NCBI GenBank assembly: GCA_964230745.1
Contig: CAXRHZ010000041.1
Span: 87,280-151,279 of the forward strand
Direction of reading: 5' to 3'
Source: Maritimibacter sp.
GTDB lineage: Bacteria > Pseudomonadota > Alphaproteobacteria > Rhodobacterales > Rhodobacteraceae
DNA length: 64,000 bases
Shown: in pieces, positions 41,218-51,170 of the stretch
How positions within the stretch are numbered: position 1 is the stretch's first letter
How the letters are laid out: every line of letters starts with the position of its first letter
Translations under genes and position numbers: made by a program
Notes under the pieces: model-generated
Seen by the model: the letters and a program-made list of their open reading frames with translations, nothing else
Told to the model about the DNA's origin: nothing
Database searches by the model: none

Positions 41218-42855
41218 ATGACGGCGGGGATCATGGCCAAACTGCATTTCGCGCTCGCAGAAGCGCTTCGCGACGGCGGCGTCGCCACCCTGTTCGGTGT
41301 CGTTGGGGATGCGAATGCCTATTTCGTTGCGGCTTACGCGGGGTTCGACGGTGCGCGCTACGTGAGCGCCTGCAACGAGAACGGGGCCGTCCTGATGGCG
41401 CTGGGCCATGCGATGACGACCGGTGGGGTGGGGTTCTGCACGGTGACCCACGGTCCGGCGCTCACCAATTGCGTGACGGCATTGACCGAAGGGGTGAAGT
41501 CCCACACGCCCGTCGTGCTCCTGTGCGGGGACACGCCGGTGGCGGATCGCGAGAACCTTCAGAACACGGACCAGAAGGCCGTGGTCCTCGCCGCCGGCGC
41601 CGGATTCGAGCAGATGCGCAGCCCGGCAACGGCGCTCGACGACCTTGCGCGGGCGGTGCGGCGGGCCAAGGCCGAGCGGCGGCCGATCGCCGTCAACATG
41701 CCCGCGGAGTTCCAGTGGGAGGAGGTCGATGCGCGCCCGGTGAGCTGGGAGGTTCCGGCCCTGGGGCCGACAGAGGTCGCGGGGGATGCGTTGGACGAGG
41801 CGGTCGGGATCATTGCCGCGGCCCGGCGTCCCGTCGTGCTGGCCGGACGCGGTGCGATTGACGATGCGTCCCGCGCGGCCCTGATCCGGCTCGCGCGCCG
41901 GATCGAGGCGCCGCTCGCCACGACGATCCGCGCCAAGAACCTGTTTCACGGAGAGGATCATGTGCTGGGCGTCTGCGGCACGGTCTCGACCCCGCAGGCA
42001 GCCGAGGCCCTGATGAGCGCCGACTGCATCATCGCCTTTGGCGCCTCGCTCAATTTCCACACGACCGGAGAGGGCGGCTATGTCGAGGGCAAGCGGGTGA
42101 TCCAGGTGGCCGACCGTGCGGAAGACCTCGGCACCGGGGCGGTGGCCGACGTGGCGATCCACGGGACCCCGGCGGCGGTCGCCGATACCTTTGCCTACTG
42201 GCTCGACGAGGCCGAGATCTCAGCCTCCGGTTTTACCCGCGACCTGCCCGCGACCGGGCTGGACGTACCGCCGCCTGCAACGCCGACGCATCCGCGCGAG
42301 GGGGCGGTGGATTTCCTCACGACCCTCGCGCGGCTGAACGACATTCTGCCCCGGGACCGCGTGCTCGTCACCGACGCCGGTCGCTGGATGGTGCGCAGTT
42401 ACGGCCTTCTGACCGCACCGCATCCGCGCGATTTCGTTACCTCGGCGAGTTTCGGGTCCATTGGCCTTGGCCTCGCCACGGCCGTCGGAGCGGGAGTGGC
42501 GCATCCCGGCCGCACGACCGTTCTGTTCAACGGGGACGGGGGGTTCATGCTGGGCAACCTCGCCGAGTTCCATTCGGCGGTGCGGGCCGGCCTCGACCTC
42601 GTGATCGTCCTGTTCAATGACGGCAGCTACGGCGCCGAGCACATCCAGTTCCGAAACAAGCAGCTCGATCCCGCGATCACCCTTTTCGACTGGCCCGATT
42701 TCGTCACGGTTGCGCGGGCGCTGGGCGGGGACGGCATCGGAATACGCGGCGCGGCGGATCTTGAGGCGCTCGGCCCGGCGCTGGAGGCGCGCGACAGGAA
42801 CCGGCCGTTCCTGATCGACGTCCACCTCGATCCCGATTGCGTCGCCATGTGGTAA
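41218..42855 (+). CDS. thiamine-pyrophosphate-dependent enzyme (acetolactate synthase-like fold)
   Basis: FGVVGDAN, NENGA (catalytic Glu), THGPALTN, NGDGGFM...NDGSYG TPP motif; start may be 41233. Confidence 0.9.
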   Translation: MTAGIMAKLHFALAEALRDGGVATLFGVVGDANAYFVAAYAGFDGARYVSACNENGAVLMALGHAMTTGGVGFCTVTHGPALTNCVTALTEGVKSHTPVVLLCGDTPVADRENLQNTDQKAVVLAAGAGFEQMRSPATALDDLARAVRRAKAERRPIAVNMPAEFQWEEVDARPVSWEVPALGPTEVAGDALDEAVGIIAAARRPVVLAGRGAIDDASRAALIRLARRIEAPLATTIRAKNLFHGEDHVLGVCGTVSTPQAAEALMSADCIIAFGASLNFHTTGEGGYVEGKRVIQVADRAEDLGTGAVADVAIHGTPAAVADTFAYWLDEAEISASGFTRDLPATGLDVPPPATPTHPREGAVDFLTTLARLNDILPRDRVLVTDAGRWMVRSYGLLTAPHPRDFVTSASFGSIGLGLATAVGAGVAHPGRTTVLFNGDGGFMLGNLAEFHSAVRAGLDLVIVLFNDGSYGAEHIQFRNKQLDPAITLFDWPDFVTVARALGGDGIGIRGAADLEALGPALEARDRNRPFLIDVHLDPDCVAMW

Positions 42856-42858
42856 ACT

Positions 42859-42875
42859 GTCCCGTAATGTGAGAC
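42859..42875. promoter_or_regulatory. 17-bp operator-like motif, copy upstream of dctP
   Basis: GTCCCGTAATGTGAGAC; 14/17 identical to 52323-52339; related half-matches at 42891 and 43002. Confidence 0.55.
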
Positions 42876-43091
42876 GTTAGACTCGACCACGTCCCATATT
42901 CGGGTACGGGAAATCACCGTAAAATACCGATACTTTTCTGGAAATTCATGAAAAACGCAAAAAAATCACTTCACATCTCCGACTCTCGTGCGACTCGTAT
43001 TGTCCCACTAAGTAGGAGATGCTAGCGTTTCGATAGCGCGAGAACCGTTCGCGCGACACATTCAGGCCGGTGACGGCTCAGGGAGGAACAC

Positions 43092-44312
43092 ATGACATTC
43101 ACCACGAAATGGACAGGTCTGTCCGCCGCGGCGCTGGTCGCCGTGTCCGGCATGACTTTTGCCACCGCGGCCCAGGCGCAGGAATGGCTCGACAACCTCG
43201 AGCCGATGACGCTGAAGCTCGCCGATTTCTCCGGCAACCAGGATGCCAACTTCGGCAAGGCCATGGTCGCCTGGGAGGAATCGATCACCGAGTTCACGGA
43301 CGGCAAGATCACGTTCGAGAACTACTGGTCCTCGTCGCTTCTGGGCGCGCTCGACACGCTTTCCGGCGTGGGTGACGGGGTGGCCGACATCGGCCTCATC
43401 ATCCCGTCCTACATGCCGCAGGAACTGCCCGTCGGCTCGTGGCTCTTCGGTATGGGTGCTGCGCTGTCCGGCTCTACCGTGCATGACGTGGCCGCGGGCG
43501 GCGCGGCCGCGCTCGAAACCGTGCTGACCTTCGAGCCGCTGACCGAAGAATACGCCCGCCACAACGTGAAAGTGCTCCAGGCGACGGCGACCCCCGCCTA
43601 CAATCTGCTGTGCAACACGCCGATCTCGTCGCCCGAAGAAGCCGAGGGCAAGCGTGCCCGCGCCATCGGCGCGGTCTGGTCGGAGACGGTCGAAGCGCTT
43701 GGCATGACCCCGGTCTCCATCGCCTGGGGCGAGGCCTACGAAGGGCTTCAGCGGGGCGTGTTCGACTGCATGGTCATCAACCCGAACCAGTATGCCGACG
43801 GGCTCGTCCTCAAGGACGTGGCGCCGGAATTCGTGCCGGTGACCATGGCGCAGCTCCAGGCCTCCACCTGGGTCATCAACCTCGACGTCTGGGAAAGCTT
43901 CCCGGCGGAGCTGCAGGACTTCATCACCCAGGCCAACATCAAGGCGGCCTACGACATCTGGGAAGGTTACCTCGACATCGAGGCGAAGGCCGGTGAGCTG
44001 ATCGCGGCCGGGGAGGAGATCCACACGAACGACATCTCCTCGCTCGAACCCATCGCGCGTGAGCAGCGGGCGAACTTCGTCGCCGGTCTGGCCGATACCG
44101 CGCCCGACTCGGTCGAGGATCCGGCCGCCTTCATCGCCGACTACCAGGCGCGCATCGACTACTGGACCGATGCCCTGGAAGCAGAGGGATACGAGGTCGC
44201 CGAGCGCACACCGGAAGCCATTCTGGATGCCTTCGCGGGCCTGTCCGAGGTGGACCTGTCGAACTTCTACGAGAAGTTCAACTCCGAGTTCACCCCGGGC
44301 CTCATGAACTGA
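43092..44312 (+). CDS. dctP: TRAP transporter substrate-binding protein (DctP family, long type)
   Basis: Signal peptide, ITFENYWSSSL, GVADIG, EGKRARAIG (conserved Arg), EAYEGLQRGVFD. Confidence 0.88.
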   Translation: MTFTTKWTGLSAAALVAVSGMTFATAAQAQEWLDNLEPMTLKLADFSGNQDANFGKAMVAWEESITEFTDGKITFENYWSSSLLGALDTLSGVGDGVADIGLIIPSYMPQELPVGSWLFGMGAALSGSTVHDVAAGGAAALETVLTFEPLTEEYARHNVKVLQATATPAYNLLCNTPISSPEEAEGKRARAIGAVWSETVEALGMTPVSIAWGEAYEGLQRGVFDCMVINPNQYADGLVLKDVAPEFVPVTMAQLQASTWVINLDVWESFPAELQDFITQANIKAAYDIWEGYLDIEAKAGELIAAGEEIHTNDISSLEPIAREQRANFVAGLADTAPDSVEDPAAFIADYQARIDYWTDALEAEGYEVAERTPEAILDAFAGLSEVDLSNFYEKFNSEFTPGLMN

Positions 44313-44316
44313 AACC

Positions 44317-44351
44317 GGATGGTCCGCCCCGCATGACGGGGCGGACATTCC
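44317..44351 (+). other. GC-rich hairpin after dctP (mRNA stabilizer or attenuator)
   Basis: GTCCGCCCCG-CATGA-CGGGGCGGAC without a T tract, between dctP and dctQ. Confidence 0.55.
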
Positions 44352-44391
44352 AGGCTTGCCCGTTCGCGGGCACACGGGCGACACTCACCAC

Positions 44392-44961
44392 ATGACCGAC
44401 GTTTCCCTTCGTCCCTCAACGCCCCGGCGCCCAGAGCCGGGCATTCTGCGCATCGTGGATGCCGCAGCGCTGGCCCTTGCCGTTGTCGCCGGGTTCGCAC
44501 TCGTGCTGCTCGCCGTGAACGTGCTCGTCGACGTGATCGGGCGCGCGGGGTTCAACCAGCCTTTCACAGGCACGCTCGAGTACACGGAGAACTGGTGGAT
44601 GCCGACGCTGACGCTGCTCGCCTTCGCCTATACCGAGCGCCGGCAGGAGCATATCAAGGTGACGATCCTGCTGGACACGCTTCCGATCGCCATGCGCCGG
44701 GTCGTGGAGGGGGTTTTCGGGACCATTGCGACCGTGCTTCTCCTGGCGCTTGCCTGGCACGGGCTGAGCGAGGCGCTGGAAGCGGCGGAGTATCGTCAGA
44801 CCACGGCCTCCAGCCCGCCGGTGGCGATCTGGCCGTTCAAGTTCGCGGCGCCTCTGGGCGTGCTCGCGCTCGCCCTTCAGATGGCAGCGACGAGCTATCG
44901 CTACCTCGCAGGCCACCTGCCGCGGACCGGCGGCGACGATCATGAAGGCGAAGCCGTATGA
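44392..44961 (+). CDS. dctQ: TRAP small permease
   Basis: 4 TM segments, DVIGR..FNQP..G..E, HIKVTILLD. Confidence 0.9.
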   Translation: MTDVSLRPSTPRRPEPGILRIVDAAALALAVVAGFALVLLAVNVLVDVIGRAGFNQPFTGTLEYTENWWMPTLTLLAFAYTERRQEHIKVTILLDTLPIAMRRVVEGVFGTIATVLLLALAWHGLSEALEAAEYRQTTASSPPVAIWPFKFAAPLGVLALALQMAATSYRYLAGHLPRTGGDDHEGEAV

Positions 44962-46433
44962 CCAGCCCGACCGAAACCCTGCCGATGCGCGCGGTATCCC
45001 GCGTCGGGATCGCGATCTTCGTCATCGGGCTCGTGGTCGCCGCCGGGTCGCTCTGGGGCATGCTCGCGGCGGACCTGCCCAAGGAGATCACCGGGCTACT
45101 CATCGTCGTCCTGTCCATCGTGCTGCTGCTCATGGGCATACCCGTAGGGGTGGCCATGCTGGGGGCCGCGGTGGTGGGTCTCTATGCGCTGAGCGGGGGG
45201 CGGGTCGTGCGCTCGACCATGGAGAGCGTGGCTTTCGACGCCACCGCGTCATGGTCGCTGTCGGTGATCCCGATGTTCATCCTGATGGGCATGATCCTGT
45301 GGAAGTCGGGCCTCACCACCTCGGCCTTCTCGGCCGCGCGGGTCTGGCTGGGCTGGATGCCCGGCGGGCTCGCCGTCGCCACGAATTTCGCGGGCGCCGC
45401 GCTCGCGGCGAGTTCCGGGAGCACCATCGGCATCACTTATGCGCTGGGCCGCGTGTCGATCCCGGAAATGCTCAAATCCGGCTACAATCCCCAACTCGCC
45501 GTCGGTTCAGTGGCCGCCGCGGGGACATTGGGCCAGATCATCCCGCCTTCGCTCCTGCTCGTGGTCTATGCCGGTGCGGCCTCGCTCCCCGTGGGACAGC
45601 AGCTTCTCGCGGGCGTCGTGCCCGGCGTGATCCTGGCCGTGGCGTTTGGCGTCATGATCGTTGTTCATGCCAGCCTGCGCCCGGGTTTCGCGCCGCGCGC
45701 CGATATGTCCGACGTCACCTGGGCGATGCGGCTGCGGGCGCTGGTCGAGGGCATACCGATCGCAATCGTGATCCTGATCGTCATTGGCGGCCTGTTCGCG
45801 GGGATCTTCACGGCGACCGAGGCCGGGGTCTGCGGCATGATCGCGGCGCTCATCCTGGGCGTCCTCCACCAGCTTCGCCAACGCACGAGCCTTCGCGAAA
45901 TCGGCGCGATGCTGCGGGCCGCACTGATCGGCACGCTGACCGGCACCGCCTCGGTCTTTCTCCTGATCGTGGGCGTCGCCGTCCTCACCCGTGCCATGGC
46001 GCTGAGCCAGGTGCCCAACTTCATCGCCAGCGGGATCGCGGAGATGGGGCTCGGGCGGATCGAGCTGCTGTTCATCCTGATCGGCGCCTACCTCATCCTG
46101 GGGATGTTCATGGACACGCTCGCGATGATGCTCCTGACCATTCCTGTTCTGCTCGGACCGCTCGCCTCGGTCGGGGTCGATCCGTTATGGTTCGGCGTGT
46201 TCCTCGTGGTCATGGCTGAGGTCGGGTTGCTCACGCCGCCTTTGGGCATTCTCACATTCATCGTCCATCGCATCGCGTCGGACCCGGAGGCGAACCTCGG
46301 GCGGCCCATATCGCTCGGCACCGTGTTCCTGGGCGTGCTGCCCTTCGCCCTCACCGCCATTGCGGTCGTGGTGTTCCTCATCTTCGTGCCGGAGATCGCC
46401 ACATGGCTGCCGGGCCTCAGCACGGGTCGATGA
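44958..46433 (+). CDS. dctM: TRAP large permease
   Basis: IPMFILMG, GGLAVAT, ASSGS, GTLGQIIPPS, TATEAG, EVGLLTPPLG. Confidence 0.93.
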   Translation: MTSPTETLPMRAVSRVGIAIFVIGLVVAAGSLWGMLAADLPKEITGLLIVVLSIVLLLMGIPVGVAMLGAAVVGLYALSGGRVVRSTMESVAFDATASWSLSVIPMFILMGMILWKSGLTTSAFSAARVWLGWMPGGLAVATNFAGAALAASSGSTIGITYALGRVSIPEMLKSGYNPQLAVGSVAAAGTLGQIIPPSLLLVVYAGAASLPVGQQLLAGVVPGVILAVAFGVMIVVHASLRPGFAPRADMSDVTWAMRLRALVEGIPIAIVILIVIGGLFAGIFTATEAGVCGMIAALILGVLHQLRQRTSLREIGAMLRAALIGTLTGTASVFLLIVGVAVLTRAMALSQVPNFIASGIAEMGLGRIELLFILIGAYLILGMFMDTLAMMLLTIPVLLGPLASVGVDPLWFGVFLVVMAEVGLLTPPLGILTFIVHRIASDPEANLGRPISLGTVFLGVLPFALTAIAVVVFLIFVPEIATWLPGLSTGR

Positions 46434-46473
46434 CGGGTTGCGCCCGCGGCGCGTTCCGGGAAAGGAGGGGCGC

Positions 46474-47142
46474 ATGACGACACCGGAAACCGCCTCTCGC
46501 AAGGAACAGCGCGAAGCCTCGGATCGCAAGATGCTGCGCGCGGCCACTGCACTGGTCAGCAAGCGGGGCATCGCAGGGGCCAAGCTGTCGCAGATCGGGC
46601 TTGACGCGGGGTACAGCGCGAACCTTCCGGTGCAGCGCTTCGGGACCAAACTCGCCCTGCTGATCGCGGTGCTGGACGGGATCGAGGCGCGGTTCCTGCG
46701 CCACGTGGAGGCGCGTGTCGGCACGCGGCGCGGGGCCGAGGCGCTGGCCGAGCGCATCCGCCTCCAGCTCGAGGCCGTGCGCGACATGCCCGAGAGTGCC
46801 ATCGCGCTCTACCATCTCATCATCGAAAGCACCGGTTCGATGCCGGACCTCAGGCCAAGGGTCGCGAGGCTGCAAGAGGCCTACCACCGCAACCTGCGCA
46901 CCTATCTCGAGCAGGCTCAGGCAGCGGGCGAGCTTGCCCCTGGCATGGATATCGAACGCGCGGCGCGGGTGATTTCCGGGGCGATCGGCGGGATGTCGAT
47001 GCAGGCGATTGTGGAAGAGCGGACCCGGGCGCTGGGCGACGACGCCCCGGCGCTGGCCGAAATGCTTCTGGCCCCCGTCCTCGCGAAAGGGGTCAGTCCT
47101 GCGCGACCCGGGACTGCGTCGCCTCGATCTCCTCGCGGATGA
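46474..47142 (+). CDS. TetR family transcriptional regulator
   Basis: RKMLRAATALVSKRG...LSQIGLDAGYS..L....FGTK HTH; 3' end overlaps the convergent IclR gene by 50 bp. Confidence 0.85.
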   Translation: MTTPETASRKEQREASDRKMLRAATALVSKRGIAGAKLSQIGLDAGYSANLPVQRFGTKLALLIAVLDGIEARFLRHVEARVGTRRGAEALAERIRLQLEAVRDMPESAIALYHLIIESTGSMPDLRPRVARLQEAYHRNLRTYLEQAQAAGELAPGMDIERAARVISGAIGGMSMQAIVEERTRALGDDAPALAEMLLAPVLAKGVSPARPGTASPRSPRG

Positions 47143-47869
47143 TCGCCTTCCACATCGCGATGCGCTCCTCGTCCACCTCGTCCGCGTGGACGGCGATGGA
47201 AATGGCGAGGTCGGGTTCTTCCGCGAAGGCGCGAACGCCCATGCCGAGGCCATAGATCGACTTGTACGCGCGGGCCCGGCTTTCGGAGAACCCGGAGGCC
47301 CGCGTGGCCGCGACCGCCGCGCGCACGCTCTCGGCATCGAGGTTCTCGTATCCTGCGAGGTCGGGTGCGATGGTCTCGATCACCCTGTCGACGGTGGCAT
47401 CGGGCAGCCCCGCCAGCAGGGCCGTGGCGCCCGCGCCGACACCGAGGTAGCGCCGCTGCCCCACTTCCACCGGGATCACGCGGATCACGGCGCGCCCCTC
47501 GGCCTTGTGGACGCAGACCGCCTCGAAGGCGGACCGGCGCATGAGATAGGTCGTCACGTTGGACCGGGCCGCCACCCGGTCGACGCAGGCGGTCCAGGGC
47601 GCGAGCTGCAACACCTGGTCGCTCACGGCGAGGCCGAGCTCGTAGCTCAGCATGCCGACTTCGTACTTGCGCGTCGCTGGATTATAGGCGGCGAGCCCGG
47701 TGTCGGTCAGGCTCTTGAGGATACGGTGCGTGGTCGAGCGGGCAAGCCCGACGGAGTCGGAGATGCGGCGCAGGTTCATCGGGCCTTCGTCGGAGACATG
47801 GGCGATCTGCTTTAGGATCGCAGCCGCGCGCCGGATCGCCTGTGTGCCGTCCTGGTTTTCGTCTTTCAT
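47093..47869 (-). CDS. IclR family transcriptional regulator
   Basis: QAIRRAAAIL, GLARSTTHRIL..L...G, GAGATALLA, AISIA. Confidence 0.92.
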   Translation of the reverse strand: MKDENQDGTQAIRRAAAILKQIAHVSDEGPMNLRRISDSVGLARSTTHRILKSLTDTGLAAYNPATRKYEVGMLSYELGLAVSDQVLQLAPWTACVDRVAARSNVTTYLMRRSAFEAVCVHKAEGRAVIRVIPVEVGQRRYLGVGAGATALLAGLPDATVDRVIETIAPDLAGYENLDAESVRAAVAATRASGFSESRARAYKSIYGLGMGVRAFAEEPDLAISIAVHADEVDEERIAMWKAIIREEIEATQSRVAQD

Positions 47870-47897
47870 GCAAGCTCCCCGCCGGTGTCGCGGCACA

Positions 47898-49472
47898 TTA
47901 GCCGGTGTCCCCGGCCGATGCCACCAGCGCGGCGGCCCGCGCACGCAGGTCAGGCTTGCGCACCTTGCCCACAGCGTTCACGGGCAGGGCCTCGAGGCGT
48001 TCGAGCACTTCGGGAAACTTCTGTTTCGCCAGCCCCGCGGCGTCCAGGTGTCGGGTCATGGCCGGCATGTCGAACCCTTCGGAGGCGACGACGAAGGCGA
48101 CGACGATTTCGCCGCGTGCCGCGTCCGGCGCACCGACCACGGCGACATCCGATACATCAGGATGGGCGAGGAGGGCGTTCTCTATCTCGACCGGGCTTAT
48201 GTTCTCGCCCTTGCGGATGATGATGTCCTTCTTGCGTCCGGTCACCACGACGAAACGGTCGTCCACGATCCGCCCGAGATCGCCCATGCGGAAGAACCCG
48301 TCTTCGGTGAAGGCGCCGGCATCGTGCTGCGGGTCGAGGTAGCCGGGAAACATCTGCGGGCCGCGCAGGACGATCTCGCCGTCGTCGAGCCGGAGGTCGA
48401 GCGCCATCTCGCCATCGGTATCGGCATGCGCCTCTGCAGCGGCGCGGTCGCGGATGCCGGGGCAGGCGAGGGGGACTTCGGTGGAGCCGTAGGCGCGGGA
48501 GACAACCGTGGCCGGCCATGCCGCCAGGGCTTCGCGCACGAGTTCGGGCGGGACCGAGGCGCCGCCGCAGATGAACCGGCGCAGCGTGGGCAGGTCGCTC
48601 CCGGCGCGCGCGGCAGAGGCCAGCAGCCCCGACAGGAACGGCGTGGCGCCGGCCATGAAGGTCGCGCCTTCGTCGTCGATCCGGGCCACCGCCCGGTCTG
48701 GGTCCCAGCCATCCTCCAGCACGGTGCGGCAGCCGGTGATCCAGGGAAACTCGAACGCATAGATCGAGCCGCCGATATGGCCGATGGGGGAGGGAACGAA
48801 GAGCACGTCCGCGTCTGCGAGCCCCCAGAAGCCCGCCGTGCCCCTCACGACCGCGTCCATGCTGTCATGGGTGTGGATCACGCCCTTGGGGGTTCCCGTG
48901 CTGCCGGAGGTGAAGATGATCATTTTCGCGTCGCGGCTGTCGGGAAGACGGGGCGTGGCTGCGGCGCCCGATGTCAGCGCCTCGAAGGTGAGAGGGCCGT
49001 TGCCGCGCACCGTCACGACATGGTCTGGCGGTGTGTCGAGCGAGGCGACGAGGCCCGGGTAGTCGACCTTGCCCGCCGGCGGGATGAAAATCGCTTCGAC
49101 CCCGCAGGCGGGCAGGATCGCCGAGAGCTCGGCCTTGCGATAGATCGGGAGGAGCGGGACGATCCGGTAGCCTGTCAGCGCGGCGGCGAGGTTGAGGACG
49201 GTCGCCTCCCACCAGTTCGGGAGCTGAAAGGCGATGGCGGCGCCGGGCGTGAGACCGAGCCGGTCGAGGCCGCCCGCGAGCCGGAGCGCCATGTCGACCA
49301 TATCGCCGCGGGTGAGACGCGTGTCGCCCTGTCTCAGAATTTCGACGTCCGGGGCCTGGGTGCGAAGGTCCAGCGCGATCTCGCCCAACGTCGGGCTGCG
49401 CGGGGCCCGGTGCCGACCGGCCGCGTCAAGGTCGCGCATCCGGGCCGCGAGCCGGTCGACCGCGCCGGTCAT
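47898..49472 (-). CDS. acyl-CoA ligase (cyclohexanecarboxylate-CoA ligase/FadK-like AMP-binding enzyme)
   Basis: FTSGSTGTPKGVIHTH, YGSTE, FRMGDLG, GRKKDIIIRKGENI, AVGKVRK. Confidence 0.88.
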   Translation of the reverse strand: MTGAVDRLAARMRDLDAAGRHRAPRSPTLGEIALDLRTQAPDVEILRQGDTRLTRGDMVDMALRLAGGLDRLGLTPGAAIAFQLPNWWEATVLNLAAALTGYRIVPLLPIYRKAELSAILPACGVEAIFIPPAGKVDYPGLVASLDTPPDHVVTVRGNGPLTFEALTSGAAATPRLPDSRDAKMIIFTSGSTGTPKGVIHTHDSMDAVVRGTAGFWGLADADVLFVPSPIGHIGGSIYAFEFPWITGCRTVLEDGWDPDRAVARIDDEGATFMAGATPFLSGLLASAARAGSDLPTLRRFICGGASVPPELVREALAAWPATVVSRAYGSTEVPLACPGIRDRAAAEAHADTDGEMALDLRLDDGEIVLRGPQMFPGYLDPQHDAGAFTEDGFFRMGDLGRIVDDRFVVVTGRKKDIIIRKGENISPVEIENALLAHPDVSDVAVVGAPDAARGEIVVAFVVASEGFDMPAMTRHLDAAGLAKQKFPEVLERLEALPVNAVGKVRKPDLRARAAALVASAGDTG

Positions 49473-50254
49473 GACTTGCGCGACCGTGCGAGGAAGGCTT
49501 CGACCCGGGCCTCGTGTTCGGCCGTGCGTACGCTGCGCGATTCCAGCTCCATTCCGGTTTCCATCATCTCGCTGGCGAGCCGTCTGAGCTCCGTGTTCAT
49601 GACGGTCTTGGTCCAGCGCATCGCCTGGGACGGTCCTGAAAGGAGCCTCTCGCAGAAGGCGTCGACCCTGGTATCGAGCTCGGCATCCGGGACCACATGG
49701 TTCACGAGCCCGATTTCGCCCGCACGCGCGGCGGTGAGGATCTCGCCCGTGAAGAGGAATTCCTTGGCCCTATGCAATCCGATGAGGGCGGGCCAGATGA
49801 TCGCGCCGCCGTCGCCGGCGACGAGGCCGATGGAGACATGCGGGTCGCCGATCTTCGCGCTTTCGGCGGCGAAGGTGATGTCGCAGAAGAGCGCGATGGT
49901 CGCCCCCAGACCCACGGCGGGGCCGTTGATGCGGGCAATCACGGGTTTGTCGATCTCAAGCAGCGTGTGGATCAGCGCCTTTGCCTCGTCGACCTCCTTG
50001 TCGAACAGGCTTGGTTCGTCGATCACACGGCGCATCCCCTCTATATCGCCCCCTGCGGAAAAGGCACGGCCCGCCCCCGTGAGGACCACAACGTCCGAGC
50101 CGTCGTCGTCGCGGGCGAAGGCGAGCGCGTCGACGATCTCGGCATGCATCGGGCCGCCGAAGGCGTTGAGCGTCTCCGGCCGGTTCAGGGTGATCGTGAG
50201 GCGCCGTTTGTCACGGCGCAAATGCAGCGTTTCGAAGTCCGGCGTGTCACTCAT
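49469..50254 (-). CDS. crotonase-superfamily enzyme lacking the canonical Glu pair
   Basis: AFSAGGD, AVGLGA, GDPHVSIGLVAGDGG..IWP; start overlaps the upstream ACAD stop (ATGA). Confidence 0.9.
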   Translation of the reverse strand: MSDTPDFETLHLRRDKRRLTITLNRPETLNAFGGPMHAEIVDALAFARDDDGSDVVVLTGAGRAFSAGGDIEGMRRVIDEPSLFDKEVDEAKALIHTLLEIDKPVIARINGPAVGLGATIALFCDITFAAESAKIGDPHVSIGLVAGDGGAIIWPALIGLHRAKEFLFTGEILTAARAGEIGLVNHVVPDAELDTRVDAFCERLLSGPSQAMRWTKTVMNTELRRLASEMMETGMELESRSVRTAEHEARVEAFLARSRKS

Positions 50255-51168
50255 CGTTCCCCCCACCTCGCGTCAGCGTAGTCCAGTTGGGCCTGCGCCG
50301 CACCGCCCATTTCGGCCCGAAGCGCCCGGGCGCGGTAGGTCCAGCGGTGCAAGGGGTGTTCGAGGGTGAGACCCATGGCGCCCATGAACTGATGCAGGTC
50401 GTAGCCGATCCGGGTCGCATGGCCCTGCAGGTATCCGAGCGCCTGGGCTGCGTCGGCAGGGGCGCGGGTTGCCGCCGCCCTGAGCGTCATGAGCTCGCCT
50501 GCCTCGATACGCACCGCGTCTTCCGCGAGCCGGTGCTGCACACCCTGAAAGCTGCCCAGCGGTCGCCCGAACTGCTCGCGCTCGCGCAGGTATTGCAGGA
50601 CCGAAGCGAGCCCTCCGGCCAGCACGCCGCCCAACTCGGCGGCGAGCGCCACCGACCATAGTGTGCGGATCGACACGGGGTCGGTGTCGATGTCCTGCCA
50701 GTCAGGCGACGCGGTCAGGACGCCCATCGGGTAGGCGTAGAGGCTGTCCACGCGCCGGGTTACTCCCTCCACGCCGGCCCACCGCAGCCCGCCGTCGGTG
50801 ATCGACAGGAGCGCACGGGCCTGCGGCAGGAAGCGCACCGCGCCCGGCGCGTCGTCGACCACCACCGCGAGCGGGCGGGGGAGGTCGATGCCGAGGAACG
50901 GGCGCAGGAGCGAGGTTGCGGCGCATTCCAGCACCACGGGTGTCTTCGCCACCGCGTGAACCATCGCGGCCGCGGCGACCGGTCCAAGCTCCGCCTCGCG
51001 GGCCGCGTCGAAGAAGCCGGCCTCGGCCAGCCTGTCGTCGAGCGCGTGGCCATAGTCGTGGCGCCCCCAGCCCTCGACCGTGCGAAAGCCCGCCTCGGCC
51101 TCGTCCGACAGCATCTGTTCGAGCACGGTGGCGAAGGTCGCCTGATCTTCGTTGAACGCCAGCCGCAT
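50251..51168 (-). CDS. acyl-CoA dehydrogenase, short (putative non-catalytic) subunit
   Basis: 305 aa; YLREREQFGRPLGSFQGVQHRLA, HQFMGAMGLTLEHPLH. Confidence 0.85.
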   Translation of the reverse strand: MRLAFNEDQATFATVLEQMLSDEAEAGFRTVEGWGRHDYGHALDDRLAEAGFFDAAREAELGPVAAAAMVHAVAKTPVVLECAATSLLRPFLGIDLPRPLAVVVDDAPGAVRFLPQARALLSITDGGLRWAGVEGVTRRVDSLYAYPMGVLTASPDWQDIDTDPVSIRTLWSVALAAELGGVLAGGLASVLQYLREREQFGRPLGSFQGVQHRLAEDAVRIEAGELMTLRAAATRAPADAAQALGYLQGHATRIGYDLHQFMGAMGLTLEHPLHRWTYRARALRAEMGGAAQAQLDYADARWGER

Positions 51169-51170
51169 GG

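Noticed and set aside
47093-47142. 50-bp convergent overlap of TetR and IclR 3' ends as a regulatory device
   Set aside because: The TetR tail (VSPARPGTASPRSPRG) looks like read-through after loss of a stop; common and uninformative.
47700-50369. 889-aa plus-strand ORF, and similarly 59535-61811 (758 aa) and 24279-26378 (699 aa)
   Set aside because: Shadows of well-supported genes on the opposite strand, with low-complexity R/G/A translations.
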